A stretch of 64,000 nt of DNA from an uncultured Gammaproteobacteria bacterium. GTDB lineage: Bacteria > Patescibacteriota > Patescibacteriia > Magasanikbacterales > GWA2-37-8. The position numbers were made by a program, and so were the translations under genes. Where the stretch lies: the NCBI GenBank assembly GCA_964444705.1, contig CAYUHX010000001.1, positions 17,055-81,054 on the forward strand, in the 5' to 3' direction. The notes beneath the pieces were generated by a model. It did not search any database and was not told the DNA's origin. It saw only the letters and a list, made by a program, of their open reading frames with translations. Shown here piece after piece: positions 1 through 10,700 of the stretch (the stretch's first letter is position 1; every line of letters starts with the position of its first letter).

Positions 1-312
1 TCGTCTACTTGCCTCAACGTATTGTTTATACAATTTTAATTGCTCAGCAAGACTAGGGCCTTCGGCGGCTTCATCCGGATAGAGTAATGGCAGAAGTTGC
101 TTTGATTTAAGATAGACCAAACGAGCAGCCACCACTAAAAAATCAGCTAATGCCTCGGGATGTGATTCCTCAAGTGTACTCAAGTGACGCAAATATTGCT
201 CAGTCACCTCCGCCAGCGCAATATCGGTAATGGCTAATTTTTCTTCTTCAATTAATTGCAACAATAGATCCAACGGACCTTCAAAATGGGCGAGTTGTAC
301 GTCCGTGGTCAT
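1..312 (-). CDS. scpA: Segregation and condensation protein A (kleisin), 5' part; runs off the window edge
   Basis: Not in the ORF track. Manual translation from the ATG at 312 gives MTTDVQLAHFEGPLDLLLQLIEEEKLAITDIALAEVTEQYL...ADFLVVAARLVYLKSKQLLP, containing the ScpA FEGPLDLLL and LKSKxLLP motifs. Confidence 0.93.
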   Translation of the reverse strand, partial: MTTDVQLAHFEGPLDLLLQLIEEEKLAITDIALAEVTEQYLRHLSTLEESHPEALADFLVVAARLVYLKSKQLLPLLYPDEAAEGPSLAEQLKLYKQYVEASRR

Positions 313-321
313 ACGTTGTTA

Positions 322-1728
322 TTATTTTGTTTCAACACGATTCTTAATATGCACTTCAACCAGTGTTTTTTCTGGTAACGGCGTTGGCGCCCCCATCATT
401 AAGTCTCTGGCATCACCCGTTTTTGGAAACGCTATCACCTCACGAATATTGGGCTCGTTGCACATGAGCATGGCAATGCGATCAATGCCTGGAGCAAATC
501 CACCATGTGGTGGCGCACCGAACGTAAAGGCTTCAAGCATGTGCCCAAAACGTTCTTGCTGTTCTTGTTCACTGATTTTTAAAAGATCAAAAATCTTTTT
601 CTGCAATTCGCGCTCGTGAATACGAATGCTGCCGGAAGATAATTCATATCCGTTCAAAACTAAATCATACGCATTAGCGCGGATACTCATTAAATCTTCA
701 CCCTTCATAAATTTCTCGCGATCCTCATCTTTAATTGAACAAAATGGGTGATGCTTGGCCGCGATATTTCCCTCATCATCTTTTTCAAACATCGGAAAAT
801 CCAAAATCCAAGCAAAAGCAAATTCATCCGGATCATTTTTATTCACGCGCAGATCTGGTTTATCCGTACCGTATTTATCCACGCATTCTTGATAGGTCAA
901 ACGCGGGAAAGGTAAGTTGGTAAACTTTTTTTCCGGCGCAACCTGTTTTACAAGTTCAATAAACATCGCTTCGGTATAGGTCAAAATATCTTCTTGGGTC
1001 ACAAACGACATTTCGAAATCGAGCTGCGTGAATTCTGGCTGACGATCACCTCGCTGATCTTCATCACGAAAACAACGAGCGATTTGAAAATAGCGCTCAA
1101 ACCCCGCCACCATCGAAAGCTGTTTAAACTGTTGGGGAGATTGTGGCAACACGTAAAATTTTCCCGCGTGCAAGCGAGAGGGCACAATATATTCACGCGA
1201 TCCTTCGGGAGTACCTTTCATGAGAATCGGCGTTTCAATTTCCACAAAATCATTCCGGTGCATGTACTCACGAAAAAAACCGATGATTTTATCGCGGGTA
1301 CGAATATTTTTTTGCATACGCACACTGCGCAGATCAAGATAACGATACTTCAAGCGCAACTCTTCACTAATTGGTGTCGTATCTTTATCAATTTCAAACG
1401 GCGGCGTTTCAGCGGTGTTTAAGACTTTCAATTCTTTAATCAAAACTTCAATGGTGCCAGTTGGCATGTCGGGATTCTTCTGTTTCTCGCCACGCTCTTT
1501 CACGAGGCCACGAATTTCAATCACCCATTCCGGACGCACGGAAGTTAACTTTTCAAGCGAAGCGGCGTCCAATTCTTGCGGCACGCCCACAAGTTGCACA
1601 ATGCCCGAACGATCACGCAAATCTAAAAACACAATTTTGCCCATATTACGGCGGGCGTTGATCCAACCTTTGAGGACAATTTCTTGGCCAATTTTGGCTG
1701 TCGTTTCTACCGATAAAATGCGTTCCAT
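322..1728 (-). CDS. aspS: Aspartate--tRNA ligase, short form (468 aa) apparently lacking most of the GAD insertion domain
   Basis: OB-fold N-terminus (FLDLRDRSG); LPQSPQQFKQ; FRDEDQRGDRQPEFTQLD; GAPPHGG motif. Confidence 0.96.
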   Translation of the reverse strand: MERILSVETTAKIGQEIVLKGWINARRNMGKIVFLDLRDRSGIVQLVGVPQELDAASLEKLTSVRPEWVIEIRGLVKERGEKQKNPDMPTGTIEVLIKELKVLNTAETPPFEIDKDTTPISEELRLKYRYLDLRSVRMQKNIRTRDKIIGFFREYMHRNDFVEIETPILMKGTPEGSREYIVPSRLHAGKFYVLPQSPQQFKQLSMVAGFERYFQIARCFRDEDQRGDRQPEFTQLDFEMSFVTQEDILTYTEAMFIELVKQVAPEKKFTNLPFPRLTYQECVDKYGTDKPDLRVNKNDPDEFAFAWILDFPMFEKDDEGNIAAKHHPFCSIKDEDREKFMKGEDLMSIRANAYDLVLNGYELSSGSIRIHERELQKKIFDLLKISEQEQQERFGHMLEAFTFGAPPHGGFAPGIDRIAMLMCNEPNIREVIAFPKTGDARDLMMGAPTPLPEKTLVEVHIKNRVETK

Positions 1729-1742
1729 ATAGCAAATATACC

Positions 1743-1771
1743 TTGAAAAAATGAATAAAAGGAGGTATTAT
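1743..1771 (+). promoter_or_regulatory. Sigma70-type promoter for the small ORF at 1806
   Basis: TTGAAA (1743-1748), 17-bp spacer, TATTAT (1766-1771). Confidence 0.6.
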
Positions 1772-1805
1772 ATTTAGTCTTTCTCTTCAAAAAAAGGAGG
1801 TCGTC

Positions 1806-1949
1806 ATGTGCAGTTACATAGAGGAGCTACCCCCTGGCCACCCAAATGTGATCGGAGAAAAAAATTTTTTGAAGATTATGGGCGGAATAATTTGCGTGCT
1901 GATTATCGCAGTAATTATCTGCGCGGCAATCAGACGTATTTTCCGCTAG
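1806..1949 (+). CDS. Small single-pass membrane peptide, 47 aa (cassette A)
   Basis: Below the ORF-track cutoff. MCSYIEELPPGHPNVIGEKNFLKIMGGIICVLIIAVIICAAIRRIFR. SD AAGGAGGT at 1794-1801, own promoter, and a GC hairpin directly after the stop. Confidence 0.65.
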   Translation: MCSYIEELPPGHPNVIGEKNFLKIMGGIICVLIIAVIICAAIRRIFR

Positions 1950-1952
1950 TTC

Positions 1953-1972
1953 GCCCCCACCTCGCTGGGGGC
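1953..1972. terminator. GC hairpin between the convergent small ORF and gap
   Basis: GCCCCCA-cctcgc-TGGGGGC. Confidence 0.55.
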
Positions 1973-1982
1973 TTCTGATTCA

Positions 1983-2978
1983 TTAACCCCCAAATTTTTC
2001 TGCTAGTTCCACCAAGCGATGCGCATACCCATATTCATTATCATACCACGCAACCACTTTCACTAAATTTCCACCAACCACATTTGTCAGCTGCAAATCA
2101 ACAATGGCCGAATAACTATTCCCTCGAAAATCTGAAGACACCAACTCTTCATTCGTTACGGCTAAAATATTTTTTAACGTTTCGCCGCTCGCGGCCGTTG
2201 TGAACGCTTGATTTACCTCTTCAATCGTAACTGGCACTTTAAGCACCGCAGTAATATCTGATAATGACACGCTCGGCACCGGCACCCGAATCGCCAATCC
2301 GTCAAATTTATTTTTAAGACTCGGCACAGCTTCGGTGGTGGCGATCGCCGCCCCCGTTGTCGTGGGCACAATATTTTCCGCTGCCGCACGCGCTCGGCGC
2401 AGGTCTTTGTGTGGACCATCTTGCAAATTTTGATCAGCAGTATACCCATGCACTGTTGTCATCATTGCTTTTTCAATGCCAAAATTCTTCTCGAGCACCA
2501 ACATGACGGGGGAAATACAATTGGTGGTACAAGAGGCATTATTAATCACAAGACAACTCTCGGTCGTGACACCCTCAGAATTAACTCCCATTACATAGGT
2601 GGGTACACCACCTTTTGCCGGCGCGCTGACAATGACTTTTTTAGCACCCGCTTTCAAATGCAATTCAGCTCCAGCCTTATCAGTAAACCGACCAGTACAT
2701 TCAAGCACCACATCAACACTCAATGCTTTCCATGGTAAGAGACTCGGATCTTTTTCAGCCGACACTGGAATCGCCTGACCATCAACAATAATATTTTTAG
2801 CATCAAAAGTTACGTTACGATCATATTTTCCATAGGCGGTATCATGCACCAATAAATGGGCGAGTGTTTTGGTATCAGTTAAATCATTAATACCCACAAT
2901 TGAAATATTTTGACGACCAAAAGCAGCCCTAAATGCTTGGCGGCCAATGCGACCGAAACCATTGATAGCAATATGCAT
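1983..2978 (-). CDS. gap: Type I glyceraldehyde-3-phosphate dehydrogenase
   Basis: AINGFGRIGR, NASCTTNC catalytic motif, WYDNEYGY. Confidence 0.98.
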   Translation of the reverse strand: MHIAINGFGRIGRQAFRAAFGRQNISIVGINDLTDTKTLAHLLVHDTAYGKYDRNVTFDAKNIIVDGQAIPVSAEKDPSLLPWKALSVDVVLECTGRFTDKAGAELHLKAGAKKVIVSAPAKGGVPTYVMGVNSEGVTTESCLVINNASCTTNCISPVMLVLEKNFGIEKAMMTTVHGYTADQNLQDGPHKDLRRARAAAENIVPTTTGAAIATTEAVPSLKNKFDGLAIRVPVPSVSLSDITAVLKVPVTIEEVNQAFTTAASGETLKNILAVTNEELVSSDFRGNSYSAIVDLQLTNVVGGNLVKVVAWYDNEYGYAHRLVELAEKFGG

Positions 2979-2984
2979 ATAAAA

Positions 2985-3449
2985 TTATAAAAATAAATCT
3001 CGTTCCTTAATTTCATCTATCAGTGCGACATAGAATCCTGGGTTTTTTTGCCACGCTTCATAATCAGAATTCGTCACCAAGAATTTTAAATCAGTAGGAC
3101 TATACTCTTTCGTATTTCGAAACAACTCCCTCTGCACCTTATAGGTTTCACCTTTCCGTGCCCCGGACCCGTAATAGCGTGCAAAATCTTCTAACTCTTG
3201 TACCTGCGACAAAATCTCTATTGAACGGTCGACTGAATCTAACTCAGCCAAGAAAGCTTGATTCGACCCACTTTCCTCTCGAGAACTACTCGCATTATCT
3301 TTTCTTCTTGATCTAGAACTAATCGGAATAATATCAGCCAATGGCGCTGATGATTCATTGCCCGCAACCTCCGCTACGTTCTGACTTGTAAGCATTTGTT
3401 CTCTTTCACCCTGAGGATTTTTAGGAAAAAGATGGATTACTTCACCCAT
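2985..3449 (-). CDS. Hypothetical protein
   Basis: Open frame of 165 codons; I prefer the ATG at 3449 (MGEVIH) because it avoids overlap with rlmI. No recognisable motif. Confidence 0.6.
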   Translation of the reverse strand: MGEVIHLFPKNPQGEREQMLTSQNVAEVAGNESSAPLADIIPISSRSRRKDNASSSREESGSNQAFLAELDSVDRSIEILSQVQELEDFARYYGSGARKGETYKVQRELFRNTKEYSPTDLKFLVTNSDYEAWQKNPGFYVALIDEIKERDLFL

Positions 3450-3457
3450 AGCATTAT

Positions 3458-4642
3458 TTAATACACTCTCAAAAATAGACACTTTAAATATTCCCCTTCC
3501 GTAAAAGCGACCATCTCCGGATGATCAATGCCGTGTGTATACGTTTCCAAAATTTGCACACTCCGACCCGCTCGCGCCGCTGCTTCACTCAGCATAAATC
3601 GAAAATCAGTCAGACTCACATGCGCCGAACATGATGCACTTACCAAAATACCCCCCGGCGGCAAAAGGTGGAGCGCACGTTCATTAATTTTTCGATAGCC
3701 CTGCAACCCTTCTTTCACTTTATGCCGATCTTTCACAAAGGCTGGCGGATCAAGAATAATCACATCAAATTCACCCACCGCTCGGTCAGCTAAATACTCT
3801 TTCACATCTGCAGCAACACACTCAGATTTTTTTTCCGGAAGCTTATTAAGCGCGATATTCTTTTCCGCAATTTCAAGCGCCGGCACTGACGCATCAACAC
3901 TCGTCACCTGACTCGCACCGGCAGCCAGGGCATAGACGCTAAATCCACCCGTGTATGAAAAACAATTTAATACTTTTTTATCTTTAACATATTTTGTGAG
4001 CGCGTGTCGTTTATCACGCTGATCAAGAAAAAATCCTGTCTTCTGACCACTTTTTATCTGCACAATAAAATGATGTCCATTTTCTAAAATACTAATTTCG
4101 TCTGGTACTTCACCATACAGGACACCTATCGTAGTCTCGCCTTCAGACGTGTTGTTTTTACGCTCACGCACATCGGAGCGTTCAAAAATGCCTTTTGGCT
4201 TCACCTCAGCCGTGAGCGCGGCCACAATTTCTTCTTTCCAGCGGGCAATGCCCGCAGTATGACACTGTACTACTAAATAGTCTGCATAACGATCAACGAT
4301 TAAACCAGGTAATAAATCATTCTCCGCATTAATAAGACGATAGGCATTGGTTGTAACATTCGCGACAAAAAGCTCACGAGTCTGAAGTGCTGCACGAACG
4401 CGCACACGAAAAAACATCGCATCAATCGGTTCTTCTTTCACAAAACCCCACAACCGCACCGCAATTTGAGAATAGGAATTAAAATATCCTTGCGCCAAAA
4501 AATTACCAGCTGGGTCGATCAGACTCACAGGATCGCCACTTTTTAATCCTTCGGGGATATGAGTCAACGCCCCGGAAAAAACCCAGGGATGACGACCCCG
4601 CAACGGACCAACGCGCTCTTTTCTAACACTCAAAATGACCAT
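3458..4642 (-). CDS. rlmI: RlmI-family rRNA (cytosine-C5) methyltransferase
   Basis: PUA N-terminus (HPWVFSG), GQKTGFFLDQR, FSYTGGFS, ILDPPAF, SASCS, EGEYLK. Confidence 0.9.
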   Translation of the reverse strand: MVILSVRKERVGPLRGRHPWVFSGALTHIPEGLKSGDPVSLIDPAGNFLAQGYFNSYSQIAVRLWGFVKEEPIDAMFFRVRVRAALQTRELFVANVTTNAYRLINAENDLLPGLIVDRYADYLVVQCHTAGIARWKEEIVAALTAEVKPKGIFERSDVRERKNNTSEGETTIGVLYGEVPDEISILENGHHFIVQIKSGQKTGFFLDQRDKRHALTKYVKDKKVLNCFSYTGGFSVYALAAGASQVTSVDASVPALEIAEKNIALNKLPEKKSECVAADVKEYLADRAVGEFDVIILDPPAFVKDRHKVKEGLQGYRKINERALHLLPPGGILVSASCSAHVSLTDFRFMLSEAAARAGRSVQILETYTHGIDHPEMVAFTEGEYLKCLFLRVY

Positions 4643-4683
4643 ACACCAAAGTTACGAATATTTACTGCATTCTAGCAAACAAA

Positions 4684-4713
4684 AACCCGCCTTTCAATAG
4701 CGAAAGGCGGGTT
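4684..4713 (-). terminator. Intrinsic terminator after the giant surface-protein gene
   Basis: AACCCGCCTTTC...GAAAGGCGGGTT stem with a T-run on the minus strand. Confidence 0.8.
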
Positions 4714-4728
4714 GTGTTATTTTGGCTT

Positions 4729-7700
4729 CTACATGCCCAAGGCAGCCCTGGTCACCGAACCAACCTGGCCATTGACGGGTGTAATTTTATTTTTCTTTTG
4801 AAAGGCTTGGACAGCTTTTGTAGTAGCCGGACCAAAAATTCCGTTAATAGTGGTTGTTTTTGGGAAAAACCCAAGCTCTTGCAATTTCTTTTGCAGAATC
4901 ATTATTTCTTCTCCTTTCATCCCTGATTTAAGAATGCTTGGAGTCTTTTTTGGTGTCGGCGCAACCTCAACCACGAAATCAAATGAATTCTCATCGAGCA
5001 TCTCGCCAGTCGCTTTATCAGATATCTCTACGCGCATAGAGTACACTCCGTTTGGGATATTTTTCTTAAGCGCCTGTTGAATTGAGAAGTCAGCTCGCTT
5101 GCCTTTTTTAAGCTCTTTTTGAAGAGAACTATCGACAATAACGACACCATTCTGATCAATAAGCTGGCGATGAATTACTAACTTTTGAGTTTTAGCGGTT
5201 GAATTTTTATAATTGTATTTAAACGAAAGCGTCGTCCCTGGTCGTACCAATTTACCTGTTTTTGGTAATCCAGAAAAAATAATTGCCGAAGTTTCGTTGG
5301 TTGGCCTGAAAGATCGCAGAACCAAAGATTCATCTACAGATGGAACCACGGCCGTTTGGACAGTCTTAATTGGAACCATCGGCACAGTAGTCACAGTACT
5401 TGTCATTAAACTTGTACTGGTAGAAATTGCCACTGCAGTAGACGAACTGGCAATGGTGGTAGTCACAGTGGTCACAACATTAACCATAGATCCACCACCT
5501 CCGCTTCCACCACTTGATCCACCACTACCACCCGATCCTCCAGAACCACCATCACCACTACCCGATGAAGGGGTGTAGGCAATCACGAAGTCGGTAAAGT
5601 GATTGACCAAACCGGTAATGGTGTTATTCGTCGCATCGATAGTAAACCCGCCTTCAACCGGCACATACGCACCCGTTTCTGGAGATAAATACATCAGTTT
5701 TAAATCACTTTCAGCTACTCCCGAAGGAACTTGCGCCACCAAGTCACTATAACTAAGCTGCACTTCCGCATTACCATTCAAACTTTTGATCGTCGAATCC
5801 CCCGTAGCAGAAATTTTAAATGAAGCATTTCCGAGCGGAGTGAATCCTTCGGTTTTAGGAGCAGTATAATTTTTCTCGAGAGAAATGGTGACGTTACCAG
5901 AACCTGTCTCTAATACTCCCGAACCAGCTGTAAGCTTAATACCACTCGCCCCACTATCATTGACCGAACCACCAGAACTTGCGTCTACCACCCCACTCGT
6001 TGAGGTTGGTATTTTGGAGCTGTCACTGGTTAAATTAAAGTTATTGCCTGTGGAATTAGCACTCGTGATCACCACGGTGCCTGATTTTGCAGTTTGAGCA
6101 TGCTTAGGGCCAACGCCAGTGAGCGTCCAGGTGCCTGTCGTTACCGGAATTGAATAACTACCATCCGCAGGATTGATCGCTCCCGTGACAATTAAGCCGG
6201 CCGTATTTTCAGCCCACACATACCCGCTCGATAACGCCACTCCGTTTGAATCTCTAAGTACACCTTCAATCGTTTTGCCGGCTGTCTGTAAGGCCGCCTG
6301 ATCAGGGTCAGAGCCACCAAAATCGTACGCGTTAGTATTAGTACTAAATGAAACCAATTTTACCGTTTCACCAGGCACATACCCAGCCAAACTAGCACCA
6401 ACCTGATAGGTGCCTGCTTTCATATTCACGCTATAGGTACCGCTCGCATTAGTAACACCAGTTTCTATCACTCCCGTTGAAGTATTGGTAAAAGTAACCA
6501 CCGTTCCTGATAAAACAGCACCAGTATCATCTTTAATGGTTCCTGTAACGGTGATAAACCCGTTAGCTTGGAGCCCCAGGTTAATTGTCGCTGTTGCGCC
6601 CGATGCTACAGCGCCATTGAATCTACCCACACCAAATACGTCGACGAAATAATTATACGTCGCACCATTTTCAGTAGTAATTACCAAACTAGAATTAAGG
6701 CCATCTTTTTGGGTACGAATCACTTTGGTAGCGTCGGTCGCATTGCGGAGTTCCACCATGGTTTGCATGGCAGCGGTACCTCCGGTAAACACAAAGGTAA
6801 CGGTGCTAGTGGCAGTAACCGACACATTTTGTGTGGTATCTGCGCTTGATACTACTTTAGTAGCACTAAGTTCACCATATGTTGGACTCCATGTTCCCAC
6901 ACGGTACGTTTTACTTCCCTCCACTTTCATGGAATAAGCTCCGCTACTATCGGTTGAACCACCTTTGCGGATACCACCTGGAACCGGCGCATTACTACCA
7001 CTATTCCATTCCTCAAGGAAAATTGGTACATTTGCGAGCCCGGAACCACCAACACTCACCGTGCCACTTAAAGTATAACAAGTGCTTACGGAAGGACTAA
7101 TATTTTGGCTCGATTTACTTTCCGTACTCACCGTAACGGTAAGTGAGAAAGAACCACACGCATCACTTTTATCTGGTGGTAGCTGACTTTGCACATTCCA
7201 AGTGCCAGCATCCACAAACACACTATAACTACCATCTGAACCGCTCTTACCCGGAATCGATTCACCAGTAGACGCATTTACCGCAAACACCGGTGCATAC
7301 GCAATACCATTACCACTCGCATCAAGCACTTTACCAGAAATAGTATACGAAGATTTTTTAATACTGATCAGCAAAGGATTGGCATTGGTAATTTGTTTGC
7401 CCAGATAATAAATATCTGGATCGCTGCCCGCATCAGCACCGTCTGGTTTAATCTCTAGCTGTTTAAATGTCGGTGGTAAACCATCTTTCATTACACCAAT
7501 TTCATAGGACCCATAATCGCCAACCGCTAAACTAAATGTTCCTGATGCATTAGTTGAACCAAATGCGGGAGCGCCAAAACCCTGTCGATGCATGAATACT
7601 TCCATGTTACTAAGACCATTTTGAGAACCATCGACCACCTTACCGGTCACCGTCTTGTCCGCAGTCACAAAGGTGAAGGTTACAGTGTCAGTGCCATCAT

Positions 7701-10700
7701 TAAAAGCAACTCCCGGTGGCATTACGCCTCCAGCAGCAGTTACCGCCGGCGTATCGCCACCAATACCACTTACCACTAACTGAACTTGCGCAGGTGGCAT
7801 GCCTGGCAACGAAGTTGGTTTTGCACCAGTGCCATTTGATCCCTTTGGCATAGAAGGACCAACACCAAGTGACCACTGCCCATTGGCCGGTAATTTTACC
7901 GTATAACCATTCGCATCAGGAGTCGTAACCCCAGTTAATGTTTTAACCACAAACCGTCCAGGGCCACTGGCAAAAATATCTATATCACTACCACCAAAAT
8001 TTGAAATTCCGGCAAATTTAACAGTGGTGGTCACGGAAGCACCATTGGCACTCGCCGAGGTAAGTACGATATTTTTTGTTGAGGTGGTATTGCCGTTGAC
8101 ACAAATCGGCTCCGGACTCATCTGGCCAAAATAATCAGTACTACCCAAGGTAACAAACGGATCAGTATTCACAAAGTAACACCCGCTCGCAAGACCCGAA
8201 AGGCGTACCGTTGTTGCCGCACTCCCATCAACTTGCGAAATAATACCCGAAGCTAAAGTCACTCGCTTATTAATAGGGCCTGCGGGGCCGCCACCAAACA
8301 AATTCACCGTTCCGGCTACGTTATCGGGACTCCCCGAGCTGCCAGCATACAAATTAACCACAATCGTGTTTGTGCCTGCTGCCTGAATGAAATAGGGCAT
8401 GCTGGTTTTATTCACAATCGTCGTACTGCTTCGCACAATTTTTATTCCCACGGTATAACCACCGGTAGATGGATCTTTAGGAACAGCTGGGTTGATAATT
8501 TTTTTAAGATCTAAGGTATAGTTATCGCCTGACCCTGGAGTGCCCGATACCCCCAGCGTCACCGTTACTTTTTGCGTGGCACTATCTGCAACAAGCGTTG
8601 TTCCGGTTACGGTTCCGCTACCAAATTGATTTAGGTCTTTAACAAAAGGTGAATTACTATCAAGGGCTGCATTAGTAACGTCAGTGCCGTTCGGGAATGT
8701 GACGACTACCTGATCACCATTTTGAATAGCAATTCCAGGATTAAATCGCACTTGAAACACATTTGAATCTTGGCCAGCCATCTGCGAGAAAGGAAATGCC
8801 GTATCAGCCTGACCAAGCGCAAATTGCTCTGGAGTGAAGGTGCCAAACCCTTGAGGTTTAAACTGTTCACCCACGCCGCCCGCACCGGCTACCGGCGGAC
8901 CAAACATACCCTGGTCGCCAAAACCACCATACGTTTGCGTACTGTCTTCAACCTTACCGCTCGCAGAAACATTACCAAGATTGTTAGCTGACAAATCTTT
9001 AAGTCCACTCAGTGACAAAGAATACGTACCCCCTTTGGTGAGCGCCAGACCTTTAATCACAAGCGCGTTGCGCGGAAAATCATACGAAATAGCTGTAGAA
9101 GTGACCACTAAATCCGGTCCCGAATTTTGGGTAAGGGTAATATTTACATGGTTAAGCACACTGCTTGTCCAATTCGGATCAACCTGTGTGTCGTTATTCA
9201 TTGGCTCATTAAACACTACATTGCAGGTAAAATCATCACAGCGCGACTCTACTAAAGCTGGGGCGGTCGTATCACTAGCACCAGTAGTATAGGTAAGAGT
9301 AGTGGTAGCAAGTGCATTGCCCGGCAAATCGGTCACGGCAGGAGCAAACGTGATGGTGTACACCGTGCTCGGGGTGAGCACACGTGACGGCGCAAGAAGC
9401 ACACTGTTTTTGCCCGCATCATACTTCACCTGAATACCAACCGCCGTACTTCCCCGACTCATGGTGATATTCGTGGTGTTAATGGTATTAAAATTTAATG
9501 GTTCACTAAAACCAAACTCAAACACTTTACTTACCGATACACCCGTGGCATTGCTCGCCAAAAGTGGGTAAAGCACCGGTGGTGTTACATCGTTTGATCC
9601 CGAGACTTTGAAAAAAGAAGTAAACGACACCTGAGCCAATTCAGCGCTAGGGCGCATAGTGATACCACTCGTGGTACCCACCGCGCCTTTTACTCTTACT
9701 TCATACTCATGCCCAGCGGTGAGGGCGCTGCTTGGCGCGAGCGACACAAACCGTTTTTCAGTAGAGTCAAGACTGACCGTGCTTAACGAAACTTGACCAT
9801 TCGTAGTTTTGTCAAAAAGAACAATGTTTGTAGAATTAACCGTGGTTGAATCAAGCGCTTGGTTAAACTCCAAGGTTATTTTCGCGTTTGGCGCTACGCT
9901 TACTCCTGGACCAGGATTCATTGATTTGACAAACGGCGGCATGAATTGCCCGCTTGATCCCAACGTAAATGAACCAGAATCAAACGTGCCTCGATTGGTG
10001 GTAAACGAAATTTTGTGCCCGCCACCAGACCGATTTCCTTGAATTGACTGGCCGCCTTGACTAGTAACTCCTTCGGTAATTACCAAAGTATAAAAAGTAT
10101 TGGTGGCTAAATTACTGGTTGGGTTAAACAAAATTACATTAGAATCACCGGCAAAAAGTGCTGAACAACCAGGGGAACTACTGTTTTCACAATAAGTAAC
10201 CGAACCCGCTACTTTTGTTGTTCCTCCATCGGGGGTCAAATACACGCTCGTACTCGCGTCTGTCGGGTCAGTATCGTTGATTGAGCTTGCGGCCATTGTT
10301 TGCGATAAGCCGACTCTAATTTTTTCACCCACCGCCACATCGGTTGCTGCATCTGGTGGGCCAGAAAAAACCACCATGGGCGCACCGCCCCCTGCCGCAC
10401 CACCACCGACGACAAAACTACAATTGCCTGGGTTTAAAGAAAAATTAATACCACTAAGGTTGACACTTCCAAGCACTTCTCCAAATCGAGTATTTTCACA
10501 AAAATTATTTTTAAAAGCCGTGACATCTAGTGTCAAATTAGCAGGATAGGAGGTTAAAGAATAATTACCACTACCATCGGTGGTTACTGAAGGCTTGGCA
10601 ATACCTCCCGCAAATACCCGCGCACCAGACAAAGCGGCCCCGCCCGAAATAACCGTACCAGAAATAGATCTACCAAACGCCGTACGTACCGTTACTACAA

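Noticed and set aside
322-1728. Short aspS as a truncated pseudogene
   Set aside because: All catalytic motifs and both termini are intact; only the dispensable insertion domain is reduced.
5485-5575. Repetitive CCACC-rich tract as a CRISPR array or DNA repeat element
   Set aside because: It encodes the Gly/Ser linker of the giant protein; no CRISPR repeat-spacer pattern was seen anywhere in the window.
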